In this document: piece by piece, positions 28,639-38,101 of the stretch | How the letters are laid out: every line of letters begins with the position of its first letter | Position numbering within the stretch: the first letter of the stretch is position 1 | Source of the DNA: an uncultured Myxococcales bacterium | GTDB taxonomy: Bacteria > Myxococcota > UBA4151 | Direction: 5' to 3' | Assembly: GCA_964013405.1 (NCBI GenBank) | Contig: CAXGWI010000002.1 | Coordinates: 6,461-70,460, forward strand | Length of the DNA stretch: 64,000 nucleotides | Notes under the pieces: generated by a model | The model's input: only the letters and a program-made list of their open reading frames with translations | The model's database searches: none | Told to the model about the DNA's origin: nothing | Program-made: the position numbers and the translations under genes

Positions 28639-29771
28639 GCGTCTATATCACCCAGACGGGGTCATACCTCCCCGGTGATCCGGTGGACAATGAACGGATC
28701 GAGACGGTCCTGGGATTTGTCCATGACAAGCCGAGCAAGCTCAAACGGCGGATCCTCAAATCCAACGGCATTCAGACCCGTCATTATGCCATCGACGCGG
28801 CCCAGGAGACGCAGGTTCAAAATGAAGAGATGGCGGTGGCTGCCGGTCAATTGGCCTTGGAGCGATCTGGTCTCGAGCCCCAGGACATTGGTTTGCTGAG
28901 CGTGGCGACGAGTCAGGGGGACTATGTTTTACCGGGGTTCGGCAGTCAGGTGCAGGCCGGTCTCGAGATTCCCCGGGTGGAGCTGGTCACCACCCATGGC
29001 ATTTGCTCCTGTGCGATGATGGCTCTGAAGGCTGCGGTGAACGGGGTGAAAGTTGGTGACCAACAACAGGCGCTGGTCGTCTCCTCTGAATTGTCGAGTC
29101 GCTTACTCAAAAAGCAGCGCTACGAGGCGGCGATCGGCTCGATCGGCGCACAGAGAGGCTTGGATTTTAATGCAGAATTCCTGCGTTGGATGCTTTCGGA
29201 TGGGGCCGGGGCCATCGTTCTTTCCGATCGGCCCCGGGCCAATCAACTGAGTTTTCGAGTCGACTGGATTCGATCCTTCTCCCATGCGGACAGTTTTCCC
29301 GTTTGTATGAGCGTTGGTCACTCCGGCAAGGGGGAAGATGCCCCGAAGTCCTGGCAGGATTACAGCACCTATGGCGAGGCCGAGGCCGATGGTGCCCTGC
29401 TGATTCGCCAGGATGTCCGTCTGCTGGAAAATATCGTCAAGCTGGGGGTTGATGGCTTTCTGGGCCTCATCGAAGAAGGCACGGTGGCCGTCGACGAGAT
29501 CGATCACTTCCTCTGCCATTACAGTTCCCATTATTTCCGTGGAAAAATCGTTGAGATGCTGACCAAAGCCGGGGCGATGGTGCCCGAAGAGCGCTGGTTC
29601 ACGAATCTCTATGACAAGGGCAATACGGGCTGTGCGGCCATGTTCATTATGATCGATGAGTTTTTCCAGTCAGGTCGGGCGAAGCCTGGCGAGACCATCT
29701 TTTGCCATGTGCCCGAATCCGGGCGCTTTAATACGGTCTACATGCAACTGACCTGTGTGGAGGGCACATGA
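28635..29771 (+). CDS. FabH-like / StlD-DarB family beta-ketoacyl synthase III
   Basis: GSYLPG.PV.N, SNGIQTRHYA, HGICS (Cys), LCHYSS (His), KGNTG (Asn), LSDGAGA and VPESGRF. ATGA overlap. Confidence 0.88.
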   Translation: MSVYITQTGSYLPGDPVDNERIETVLGFVHDKPSKLKRRILKSNGIQTRHYAIDAAQETQVQNEEMAVAAGQLALERSGLEPQDIGLLSVATSQGDYVLPGFGSQVQAGLEIPRVELVTTHGICSCAMMALKAAVNGVKVGDQQQALVVSSELSSRLLKKQRYEAAIGSIGAQRGLDFNAEFLRWMLSDGAGAIVLSDRPRANQLSFRVDWIRSFSHADSFPVCMSVGHSGKGEDAPKSWQDYSTYGEAEADGALLIRQDVRLLENIVKLGVDGFLGLIEEGTVAVDEIDHFLCHYSSHYFRGKIVEMLTKAGAMVPEERWFTNLYDKGNTGCAAMFIMIDEFFQSGRAKPGETIFCHVPESGRFNTVYMQLTCVEGT

Positions 29772-30472
29772 CCCAAGACGACCCGATCGGTGGGCAGGAG
29801 GCCCTTCAACCCCTGGCCCAAGAAGCCTTGAGAGGCTTGTTGCGCACTTGGATGGAGTTTGAACGCAAGCTCGCAAAGGTGCCGGTGCTACGGCGCTTAG
29901 ATACGGGCACCTTTTCCCAGTCGGATTATCAGCGTCTCCTTTTCAACCTGCGGGCCCAGGTGGTGGAAGGGGCCCGCTGGATCACCCGAGCAGCCTCCAG
30001 TTTTGACCGGGACCATGCCGAGGTTCGTAGCATCGTGATCAGTCATGCCAAAGATGAGCATCGGGATTATGAGATCCTAGAGCAGGATTATGTCCGTGCC
30101 GGTGGCGAACTCGAGGCGATCCAGGCTGGCCAACGCAACATCGGCAGCGAAGCCTTGGCGGCCTTTCTCATGCACCGAGCCAGCCAACCCAACCCGGTGG
30201 ATATGCTCGGGGCGATGTTCATCATCGAGGGCTTGGGCGAAAAGATGGCAGCCAGCTGGGCGGAACGTATCTGTGAATTGACCGGCCTACCTGAAGAGGC
30301 GACCACCTTTCTCCGTTACCACGGCGAAAATGACGAGAACCATATGGAGCGTTTCTACGTCATGCTGGACACGGTGGCGACCAGCCCGGAGCGGGTCGCA
30401 GCCATACAGAAAACAGCCAAGGTGGTGGCCCGCCTCTACGCATTACAACTGGAGGAGTTGGACAATGTCTGA
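29768..30472 (+). CDS. Heme-oxygenase-like diiron (iron-containing redox) enzyme
   Basis: Helical protein with QVVEG, HAKDEH, IIEGLG and HGENDENH ligand clusters. ATGA overlap. Confidence 0.8.
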   Translation: MTQDDPIGGQEALQPLAQEALRGLLRTWMEFERKLAKVPVLRRLDTGTFSQSDYQRLLFNLRAQVVEGARWITRAASSFDRDHAEVRSIVISHAKDEHRDYEILEQDYVRAGGELEAIQAGQRNIGSEALAAFLMHRASQPNPVDMLGAMFIIEGLGEKMAASWAERICELTGLPEEATTFLRYHGENDENHMERFYVMLDTVATSPERVAAIQKTAKVVARLYALQLEELDNV

Positions 30473-31310
30473 GCGGAGTGCAGCCACTCTTTATGAGGCT
30501 TTGCTCGCCGATGACAGCCATCCCATCGATCCGGTGGCCAAAAAATATTGGCTTCAGGACCTCCAGAACCCACTGCGCTTGAGTCTGCTGCCGCTGATGC
30601 GCATTGGCTGTACGCTGACGCTGCACACGGTCTACTTTTTGAAGCGATTGATCCCGATCCAGTTCCGGGCCCATCGGTTCCTGCAGTGGTTGATCTGCTT
30701 CTTCATGAAATACTTCGTTCGACCGGAGGCAAACATCCTCATCATTCGTCACTTTGCTGTCGAGTCGAACATCCTTAACCTGCTGATCCGCAACTCGAAG
30801 GGCGGCGAGAACGTCCCCCTGGTGGACCTTTACCCCAGCATGATCCGGGACTTGATGGACGCCACATTTGTCGATCACGACCAAGGGGTTTTGATGACGT
30901 TTCGCGATCTGGGCAGTTGCCGAGATGAGGCCTGGCCGATGGCCGAAGCGTCCCTGGACTGGAGCGGATGGCGTGACTTTGAGGTCCAGTACGATACGTT
31001 CCACAAAAAATGGACTCAGTTTCTCGATTTTGAAACGGCTCATGAACTCTTCAAGACGACCTTTTGCCTCCTCTTGACCGCCCGAGAATATGAGGCGGCG
31101 ATCAACTCCTTCCAATTCGATGAGTCGATGGCGCTGCGGATTGGCCGAATGATCGACGAGCCGAATCTGGTGGAGATGACCGCGAACAAGTTCCCGCTGG
31201 TCTTGGTGAGCACCCGCAACTTAAGTCGGCGGTTTGTGCTTCATGGCATCTTTACGGAGCACCTACATGCTCATCTACAGGAGATTAGAGTTCGCCATCA
31301 CGGAAGGTAA
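30465..31310 (+). CDS. Conserved hypothetical protein (recalled as DUF6999-like, unverified)
   Basis: ATG 30465 overlaps the HDO stop and has GGAGG upstream. Contains RHFAVESN, HDQ, ETAHE, DES and HGIFTEHLH. Confidence 0.65.
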   Translation: MSERSAATLYEALLADDSHPIDPVAKKYWLQDLQNPLRLSLLPLMRIGCTLTLHTVYFLKRLIPIQFRAHRFLQWLICFFMKYFVRPEANILIIRHFAVESNILNLLIRNSKGGENVPLVDLYPSMIRDLMDATFVDHDQGVLMTFRDLGSCRDEAWPMAEASLDWSGWRDFEVQYDTFHKKWTQFLDFETAHELFKTTFCLLLTAREYEAAINSFQFDESMALRIGRMIDEPNLVEMTANKFPLVLVSTRNLSRRFVLHGIFTEHLHAHLQEIRVRHHGR

Positions 31311-31343
31311 TGCCGGTGGGGACCGACCCGTAACCGACTGCTA

Positions 31344-31360
31344 TAAGACTTAAAGTCTTA
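31344..31360. promoter_or_regulatory. Palindromic operator-like site TAAGACT-N3-AGTCTTA overlapping a TATAAG -10-like hexamer (31342-31347)
   Basis: Perfect 7-bp inverted repeat, AT-rich, upstream of the orphan gene at 31440. Confidence 0.55.
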
Positions 31361-31439
31361 GTTGAGGGAGGTCCTCCTCGGGGCCTTGCAGTGTGAGGGA
31401 TTCCTTCAGTACAGTTGGATGTCCAACCGGAGTAAAACC

Positions 31440-31976
31440 ATGCCTGAAGAACCGATGGAGCCCTTAAGAAATGATCCCAACAGCACCTGCCATGACGAGA
31501 CAGTCACCTGGCTTGCGAGCGGTGATCAACCCAATCCACTCACAACGATGGAGCGGGCCCGCCGGGAGCGACAATTAAGAAGATCCAGCGCATCGCCCCG
31601 GCCCGAACTCCTCGAGCAGGTTCGCCATGGGTTTCTCAGCTTTAATCCCCACGATGACGGGGAGATGGAGGCTGATGTCTTCCGGATGGATGTCGCTGAG
31701 ATCCGCGACCGACTCCCCGAATCGGTCCTCTCGTCTTTCGATCATTACCGGCATTTTGTGGAGGGGCATCGCTGGGGCTTTGTTCGCCTCTTGGCCCGCT
31801 ACATGAACGAGGACCGGGTGCTGGTCGTGGCTGTTCGGGCCACCCATGGCGGCTATCTAGAAATCTTCGATGCTCACGGGATGCCCCTGCTTAGTGGCCG
31901 CAAGTTCCAAGATGAAGCCATTTGCTGGGATGGGGAGTTTGGTGCCTGTCGGGAGTCCGTCATTTACGACGACTGA
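31440..31976 (+). CDS. Hypothetical protein
   Basis: ATG 31440 with GGAG RBS (alternative start 31419). Coding-like composition, no recognized domain. Confidence 0.55.
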   Translation: MPEEPMEPLRNDPNSTCHDETVTWLASGDQPNPLTTMERARRERQLRRSSASPRPELLEQVRHGFLSFNPHDDGEMEADVFRMDVAEIRDRLPESVLSSFDHYRHFVEGHRWGFVRLLARYMNEDRVLVVAVRATHGGYLEIFDAHGMPLLSGRKFQDEAICWDGEFGACRESVIYDD

Positions 31977-33271
31977 GCTAAACCAGCCCCATCGGGAACT
32001 GACTCGGGGGCGACGGCTAGGCTCACAACAAACCTCGAACCTTGGGGCGCACGGTCTTCGAAGCGAACGCTGCCGTTCATGGCCTGGCAGAGGTGTTTGA
32101 CAATGGCCAGGCCAAGTCCCGAGCCACCTCGGTCTCGACTTCGACCCCCATCCACCCGATAAAATCGTTCGAAGAGCCGGTCTTGATGCCTCGCTTCGAT
32201 GCCCTGGCCATCATCTTCGATCAGGATCTCGACGTGGTCACCCGCTGGCCGCGCGGCCACAAGGATGCTTTCACCACCGTACTTTAGGGCGTTGTCGATG
32301 AGATTGACGAGGACCTGTTCGAGGGCTTGGCGGTCAGCCAGAATGCGGAGGTCGCCGGCCTGCTCATGGCGAATCTTCGCGCCACTTGCCTCGGAATGGG
32401 CCTGACAGAGCAAGAGGCTTCGTTCGATCTCCTGGTGGACATCGATCGGGCCGAGGGCCGCGCTGAATTGACCTGCTTCGAGACGGCTTAACTCCAAGAG
32501 ACTTGCGATGAGTGAGCCAAGTCGTTCCGCATGGCGGTGAATCGCTTTCGCAAGGTCGAGGCTACGACCTTCAAGAGCCCCATGGGTCACGAGGACTTCG
32601 CTGCTCGATTGAATGACCGCAACAGGCGTCCTTAGCTCATGCTCGACGTTGGCGACGAAATCCTTTCGCACCCGCTCCAGGCGCCGGACCTCGGTAAGGT
32701 CCAGCACCACCAAGACCGCACCACCTTGTTGAAGGGGGCGGACACGGGCCAGGTGGTTGCGGCCGTCGGGGCGCTCGAACTCGGCCTCCCCCCCGTGCCC
32801 TTGAAGCGCCTGCCGAACAACCTCATGGAGTGCGGGAACCCGCAGGACTTCGATGAGTCTCAGCCCAAGACTGTCGCCTTGGCTATCCAAAAGGCTCTGG
32901 CCGGCATCGTTACATGCATTGATTCGGCCTTGAGCATCCAGGCTGATCACCCCCTCTGCCATGCCTTCGAGGAGAACACCCAGCCGGTCCCGTTCTGCAG
33001 CGAGTCGGTCGATACGCCCGGCGAGTTTTTTCTGCCCGTCTCTGATGGCCCGAGACAGGAGATCCAACTGATCACTGCCCGTCGTCGTTTGCCCCTGGAA
33101 GGCCCAATCCGGATCGACCAGTTGCTGAAGGCGATGGCGCAAGAGCAGGCTGTGGAGAATGCTGGTGATCATCACGGCTGAGGTGATCAAGGCGATGGTC
33201 TGGGACCAACCCGTGGTGAAAAAAGCCAGCGAGATCCCAAGGATCCCGATGACGCAACGCAGGATGTTCAT
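31964..33271 (-). CDS. PhoR-like PAS sensor histidine kinase
   Basis: DFVANVEHELRTP H-box, NLIDNALKY, EDDGQGI, LFERFYRVD and GSGLGLAIVKH. Confidence 0.92.
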   Translation of the reverse strand: MNILRCVIGILGISLAFFTTGWSQTIALITSAVMITSILHSLLLRHRLQQLVDPDWAFQGQTTTGSDQLDLLSRAIRDGQKKLAGRIDRLAAERDRLGVLLEGMAEGVISLDAQGRINACNDAGQSLLDSQGDSLGLRLIEVLRVPALHEVVRQALQGHGGEAEFERPDGRNHLARVRPLQQGGAVLVVLDLTEVRRLERVRKDFVANVEHELRTPVAVIQSSSEVLVTHGALEGRSLDLAKAIHRHAERLGSLIASLLELSRLEAGQFSAALGPIDVHQEIERSLLLCQAHSEASGAKIRHEQAGDLRILADRQALEQVLVNLIDNALKYGGESILVAARPAGDHVEILIEDDGQGIEARHQDRLFERFYRVDGGRSRDRGGSGLGLAIVKHLCQAMNGSVRFEDRAPQGSRFVVSLAVAPESVPDGAGLAQSS

Positions 33272-33966
33272 GGGGTCTCTTGACTACGGAAGCGGTAGCC
33301 GACGCCGCGAACCGTCTCGATATAGCTGCCGGCCGACCCCAGTTTTTCCCGCAGTCGTTTGATGTGGGTGTCGACGGTCCGGTCACTGACAAATGTTTCC
33401 GTGCCCCAAACATCGTCGAGGAGGACCTCTCGACTTTGAACTCGGCCTCTGCGCTCAAGAAGGGTGACGAGGAGTTTGAACTCAAGAGCTGTGCAGGCCA
33501 GCTCTTGGTCATCGACCAACACCCGGTGTCCTGGGAGGTCGACGACGAGACTGCCGAACTCAATGGCATCCTCCTGCTGAACCGACGTTTCAGTCCGGAG
33601 GTTCGGTCGCCTTAAGAGAGCCCGTATGCGCAACTCCAATTCTCGCATTGCGAAGGGCTTCACGAGATAGTCATCGGCCCCCGCCTCAAACCCAACGACC
33701 CGGTCATAGGTTTCGCCTCGGGCCGTGAGCATGAGCACTGGGAGGTTTTGGTAACTTGGATCTCGCCGCAGTTGCCGACAGATTTCGAGGCCTGTGAGGT
33801 CTGGCAGCATCAGGTCCAAAATGACCAAGGCGAATGTTTCGTGCAGGAGCACGTCGAGTCCGGCCCGGCCTGTGGTTACGTGGGTCACCTGAAAGCCAAC
33901 AGCCTCAAGACCAAGGACAACACCCTGGGCCAGATCCTCCTCGTCCTCCACAAGCAGAAGTTTCAT
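33268..33966 (-). CDS. PhoB/OmpR-family response regulator
   Basis: LLVEDE, LDLMLP, MLTAR, GADDYLVKPF and winged helix DRTVDTHIKRLREKLG...TVRGVGYRF. Start 33966 with GGAGG. Confidence 0.93.
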   Translation of the reverse strand: MKLLLVEDEEDLAQGVVLGLEAVGFQVTHVTTGRAGLDVLLHETFALVILDLMLPDLTGLEICRQLRRDPSYQNLPVLMLTARGETYDRVVGFEAGADDYLVKPFAMRELELRIRALLRRPNLRTETSVQQEDAIEFGSLVVDLPGHRVLVDDQELACTALEFKLLVTLLERRGRVQSREVLLDDVWGTETFVSDRTVDTHIKRLREKLGSAGSYIETVRGVGYRFRSQETP

Positions 33967-34110
33967 GGAACCTCCGGAGCCGTCTCTAATGGACGGGACA
34001 CTCCATGTCACATGCCTGCCATCTAATTGTTGCGATTCAAAGGCGACAGTGGGCGCGGCCTCGTTCGTTGAGCCCTTGACCGGAGGTCCTAGTTATTCCA
34101 ATCCCCGGCC

Positions 34111-34518
34111 ATGGATTTAAGTGAACTTGAAGACAACATGGGGTGGCTGGAGTGGGAAGACCGCTATCGCTACCTCATCGAATTGGGTGAAGCCTTGGAG
34201 CCCATCGACGAGGTGGCTCGCTGTGAGGCCAACCGCGTTCAGGGCTGCATGAGTCAGGTCTGGCTGCAATTGGAGCCATCAGAAGGTCGCCTTCATTTTC
34301 GTGGCGACAGCGATTCAGCCATCGTTAAAGGGCTCGTCGCTGTCTTGCGAATTGCCTATTCGGGGCAATCTCCCCAGCAGATCCTCGATTTTGATCTGAA
34401 AGGGGCCTTTAGCCGCATGGGGCTCGATGAACACCTGAGCCCTAATCGTCGCAATGGGTTCTATTCGATGGTGGGTCTGATCCGAGGTCGGGCCCAGGGC
34501 ATGTTACAACGAGTCTGA
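34111..34518 (+). CDS. sufE: SufE family Fe-S assembly sulfur acceptor
   Basis: WEDRYRYLIELG, VQGCMSQVWL, DSDSAIVKGL and LSPNRRNG. Confidence 0.92.
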   Translation: MDLSELEDNMGWLEWEDRYRYLIELGEALEPIDEVARCEANRVQGCMSQVWLQLEPSEGRLHFRGDSDSAIVKGLVAVLRIAYSGQSPQQILDFDLKGAFSRMGLDEHLSPNRRNGFYSMVGLIRGRAQGMLQRV

Positions 34519-36153
34519 GCTTGTTTCAGGCCGGGTGGTTGAGCGCCCCTTCTTAAAGGCATGGTCCCAAATCGGACGCAGGTCCAAATAGTCCTGCTCT
34601 TCTCGCTCGGGCACGGAAAGCCCTTCTCGGCTCAAGGTCCGTTGATAGGTCTCCCAGCCATTTTTAACTTCGATGAGCTCGAGTTCGGCCAGCAGTCCAT
34701 GTTCTCGAGCCGAGCGATACCCATCGATTTCCTGCAACTGGCGCTCCAGGCAGAACTGGAAGTCCGCTAAGTCTCCCTCATCGCCCCGTCGCTCCAGAAA
34801 GATGCGATACCGGGCTTTGGGGCCGGAGACCGGCGTGACCAAAAAGAACCGGGGTTTTAGGTTCGTCTCCCAGTGGGCCACCTCGACGGCGCGACGGATT
34901 GCTGCTTCACCGACTTTCTCGCCAGCCAGATTGGCGGCCATATCCAGCCGGCCGAGAAACTCAATGCAAGGGGTTGCGCCGTGAAAGCCGACGCAGCGCA
35001 CCGCATCTCGGAGGTGGTAGCGGGTGAGACCACCGGCGGTGGTCACGATGGGCGAATAGGTGCCACCGAGTCGTAGTTCATCCACTAAGCAGGGCCGGGC
35101 GTCCGGGGCTTCAAGGTCTTGGAACTCTAGGAAATGACTCGTCACGGCCAGGACACTGCCGGTGCCGCTCCACAGTGGAAAGCTGACAATACCCTCGGTC
35201 GCAATCAGTCCTTTTGCTTGAATTCGAGTGTTGGGAAACCAGGCCTTCAGGTTCGGTAGCAAGGCAGCCGATGGCCCCTCGCCATAACAGGACAGCAGTT
35301 GGAGTCGTGGCCATAGGGCGCTTCCCACGAGATCCCCGGCCTCATCGAGCCCAGCCATGATCGCTGCCCGGCGGCTGGGCTTGAGGGTGTCGAGAAGGGG
35401 TTCGAGATTCTGCGCCAGTTCTTCCATCAGCGCGACCAAAAAGGTGGGATGCCAGATGGAGATAAAGCCCAAGTCCTCGCAGGCCAGAAGTTCCTGGATG
35501 GTCTGTTGGCGCCAGGCGCTTGGGTCGGCGATCCGACGAACTCGGCTGCGGACAGCGCGGGTGCGACGCAGGGCAAAACGGGCCAAGGGGCTAAAGAAGT
35601 CGGTATCGTCGTCCATACCGATAGGGATGCCGCCCGGTGTGCTCTCTCGCTGATGGGGCAGGGGCGCCATGCCCCAGTAACTACGGGTTCCCACCAGATC
35701 GGGACAACCGATGGACAACTCTCGAAGCCAGGGAGCGGTCGCCGCGGCAAACTCGCTAAAGAGACCGTCGGTATAAGGGATCAGTTTGATCTCTCCAGCG
35801 GCACCTCGGCTCCGCTCCATGAGTCGAACCGGCGCCCGGGTCAGGACACGTCGCTCCCCATTGGCGATTCGGTTGATCCATTCAGAAAAATCGTCATAGC
35901 TGCGGACCGGAACCCGATCCTGAAAAGCGGCAAACGAATCGATGCCATCCAGTTGGTGAGTTTTGGCAAAGGCTGTGTCACGACGGCCGGCCAGCAGAGA
36001 GCGCAAACGAGCCTCTTGGGCTTTGCGCGGTTTGTTGGCAGCCCGTTGAAATTGCCGCCATCGGCCACGCAGGCTCATCACGTAAGCATGGTGAATACCT
36101 TTAACGACCGGTTGAAACACGGCTCGACTCCCACGATCGATCGGGCCGAGCAT
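34504..36153 (-). CDS. GH3 (auxin-responsive promoter) family adenylate-forming protein
   Basis: FQDRVPVRSYDDF..WI.RI..GE..VLT, KLIPYT, ATEG.VSFP and HFLEF. Start uncertain. Confidence 0.8.
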   Translation of the reverse strand: MLGPIDRGSRAVFQPVVKGIHHAYVMSLRGRWRQFQRAANKPRKAQEARLRSLLAGRRDTAFAKTHQLDGIDSFAAFQDRVPVRSYDDFSEWINRIANGERRVLTRAPVRLMERSRGAAGEIKLIPYTDGLFSEFAAATAPWLRELSIGCPDLVGTRSYWGMAPLPHQRESTPGGIPIGMDDDTDFFSPLARFALRRTRAVRSRVRRIADPSAWRQQTIQELLACEDLGFISIWHPTFLVALMEELAQNLEPLLDTLKPSRRAAIMAGLDEAGDLVGSALWPRLQLLSCYGEGPSAALLPNLKAWFPNTRIQAKGLIATEGIVSFPLWSGTGSVLAVTSHFLEFQDLEAPDARPCLVDELRLGGTYSPIVTTAGGLTRYHLRDAVRCVGFHGATPCIEFLGRLDMAANLAGEKVGEAAIRRAVEVAHWETNLKPRFFLVTPVSGPKARYRIFLERRGDEGDLADFQFCLERQLQEIDGYRSAREHGLLAELELIEVKNGWETYQRTLSREGLSVPEREEQDYLDLRPIWDHAFKKGRSTTRPETSSDSL

Positions 36154-36196
36154 AGGGGAAGAAGGGTCTCAAGGGCAAAGGGGGCGGGCAGACCCC

Positions 36197-38029
36197 TTAT
36201 TGTGCGTCCTCGCAGATGATATGAAAGCGTTCGCTGCAACGCTTATCGTGTAAGACGCGGCCCGAGTTTTCCCGCAGACGGAAGCAGCGGCGACCGTTTT
36301 CGTCAGCGTAATAAAGAATGTCATCGCCAGCCCAATTGTTGATCCAAGTGGGCGGTGGGTTTCTCCCGACCCCATTTTCATCGATGAGCCCGGTCCAAAA
36401 GTCCCAGCCCCAATCATCGTTCCTGCCGATCAGTTGCCGGATCGCATCCAGATCAGCATTGCTCTCAAACGAGATGAGGTCGGCGCCGGCATGGATCTCA
36501 TCGCAGCGTTCCCTGGCCCCATCCCAATTGAACCGCTCGGTACAGTAAAAAGAGAGCCGGTTTCGTCCCTCGATCTCGACGCAGCGATCCGGTAGATCAA
36601 GCCCTTCAGATCGACAGTCTCGGTCACAGCCGTCCCCGTCGACCCGATTGCCGTCATCACAGGCCTCGACCCCGGCCTGCACGTGGCCATCGCCACAGCG
36701 AGCCTCTTGGCAGTCGTTCAAACAGGCATCCGCCTGGTTCTGGTTGCCGTCGTCACATTGCTCAACGCCGACATATTGTTGTCCGTCGCCACAACGAGCG
36801 AGATTACAATTGTTCAAGCAGCCATCATGATCGGCTTGATTGCCGTCGTCGCAGGCCTCCGCTTGAGGATTGCGGAAGCCATCTCCGCATCGATTGGCGA
36901 CACAGTTGTTCAGGCAGGCGTCTTCTTGCGCTTGATTGCCATCGTCACAGGCCTCTCGGCCTTGCCAGGTGTGCCCATCACCACAGCGGGCCAACATGCA
37001 GTTGCTCAGGCAGCTGTCTCGGTCGTTTCGGTTGCCATCGTCGCAGGCCTCCTGTCCCACTTGAACAAAGCCGTCGCCGCAAACAGCGATCTGGCATTCG
37101 GGGGTGCAGGCATCTGTCCCGTCGTCGTTACCGTCGTCGCAGGCTTCCACCTCACCGTTGACGATTCCGTCGCCGCAAACGTTGCGAGTGCAGTCGTTGA
37201 GACAAGCATCCTCCTGAGTCTCGTTGCCGTCGTCACAGGCTTCGACATTTCGCTGCACAAAGCCATCACCACATGTTGCCCGCCGACAGTCATTCAGGCA
37301 GTCATCGCCATTGTCTTGATTGCCGTCATCGCAGGGCTCGATGCCTTCCTGGACCTGCCCATCCCCACAGCCAGCGGAGGTGCAGTTGTTGAGACAGAGG
37401 TCGGTCTCAATCTCGTTGCCGTCATCACAAAGTTCGACGCCTTCATGGACAATACCGTCGCCGCAGCGAGCCAGCAGACAGTTCGTTAAGCAGTCATCGT
37501 TCATGACCGTATTGCCGTCATCGCATTCCTCGTGATCGGGGCTGCCGACCTCCAGATCGATTCGAGTGACACCATCCCCACAGATTGCGCTGCGACAGTT
37601 GTTGAGGCAGTCATCGCCGTCGGTCTCGTTGCCGTCGTCACATTCCTCCGCACCATCGATACCCGCTTCGAGGTCGACTCGGGCGACGCCGTCGCCGCAT
37701 CGAGCGATCTTGCATGAGGTCGTACAGGCGTCATCGTTCTGCTCGTTGCCGTCGTCGCAGTCTTCGTCTGCCTTCTTTAAGCCATCGCCACAGCGGGGTG
37801 GCTGGCAGCGCGTCGTGCATTCATCCTCGTTGTCTTGGTTGCCGTCATCGCACAGCTCATCCAGTTGAATGATTCCATCACCACAACTCGCGTCGACACA
37901 GAGCCCCGAACGACACTGTTGGTTGGTGGCACAGGCCGGGCCATCATCGCACGGTTTGGCTCCATGGTAGGCGGCCGTGGGTGGGCAGCCAACGAGCAAG
38001 AGGAGCATCGGGGTTGCGAAACGCAGCAT
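36197..38029 (-). CDS. Lipoprotein with 13 Cys-rich (DUF4215-like) repeats and a divergent C-type lectin-like tip
   Basis: Lipobox LLVGC. FNWDGARERC...DLISFES...FWTGL...CFRL...LHDKRC..RFHIICE. Confidence 0.82.
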   Translation of the reverse strand: MLRFATPMLLLLVGCPPTAAYHGAKPCDDGPACATNQQCRSGLCVDASCGDGIIQLDELCDDGNQDNEDECTTRCQPPRCGDGLKKADEDCDDGNEQNDDACTTSCKIARCGDGVARVDLEAGIDGAEECDDGNETDGDDCLNNCRSAICGDGVTRIDLEVGSPDHEECDDGNTVMNDDCLTNCLLARCGDGIVHEGVELCDDGNEIETDLCLNNCTSAGCGDGQVQEGIEPCDDGNQDNGDDCLNDCRRATCGDGFVQRNVEACDDGNETQEDACLNDCTRNVCGDGIVNGEVEACDDGNDDGTDACTPECQIAVCGDGFVQVGQEACDDGNRNDRDSCLSNCMLARCGDGHTWQGREACDDGNQAQEDACLNNCVANRCGDGFRNPQAEACDDGNQADHDGCLNNCNLARCGDGQQYVGVEQCDDGNQNQADACLNDCQEARCGDGHVQAGVEACDDGNRVDGDGCDRDCRSEGLDLPDRCVEIEGRNRLSFYCTERFNWDGARERCDEIHAGADLISFESNADLDAIRQLIGRNDDWGWDFWTGLIDENGVGRNPPPTWINNWAGDDILYYADENGRRCFRLRENSGRVLHDKRCSERFHIICEDAQ

Positions 38030-38101
38030 GGCCGTGGGCTAACACATCTGAGCGGTTTGGTCAGCGTCAGAGGTCACAGCCGGAACCCGTAGCCCATGAT
38101 C

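Noticed and set aside
23874-31310. Calling the operon a canonical dialkylresorcinol or hopanoid cluster
   Set aside because: No recognizable DarA/ACP and no squalene-hopene cyclase or hpn genes in the window.
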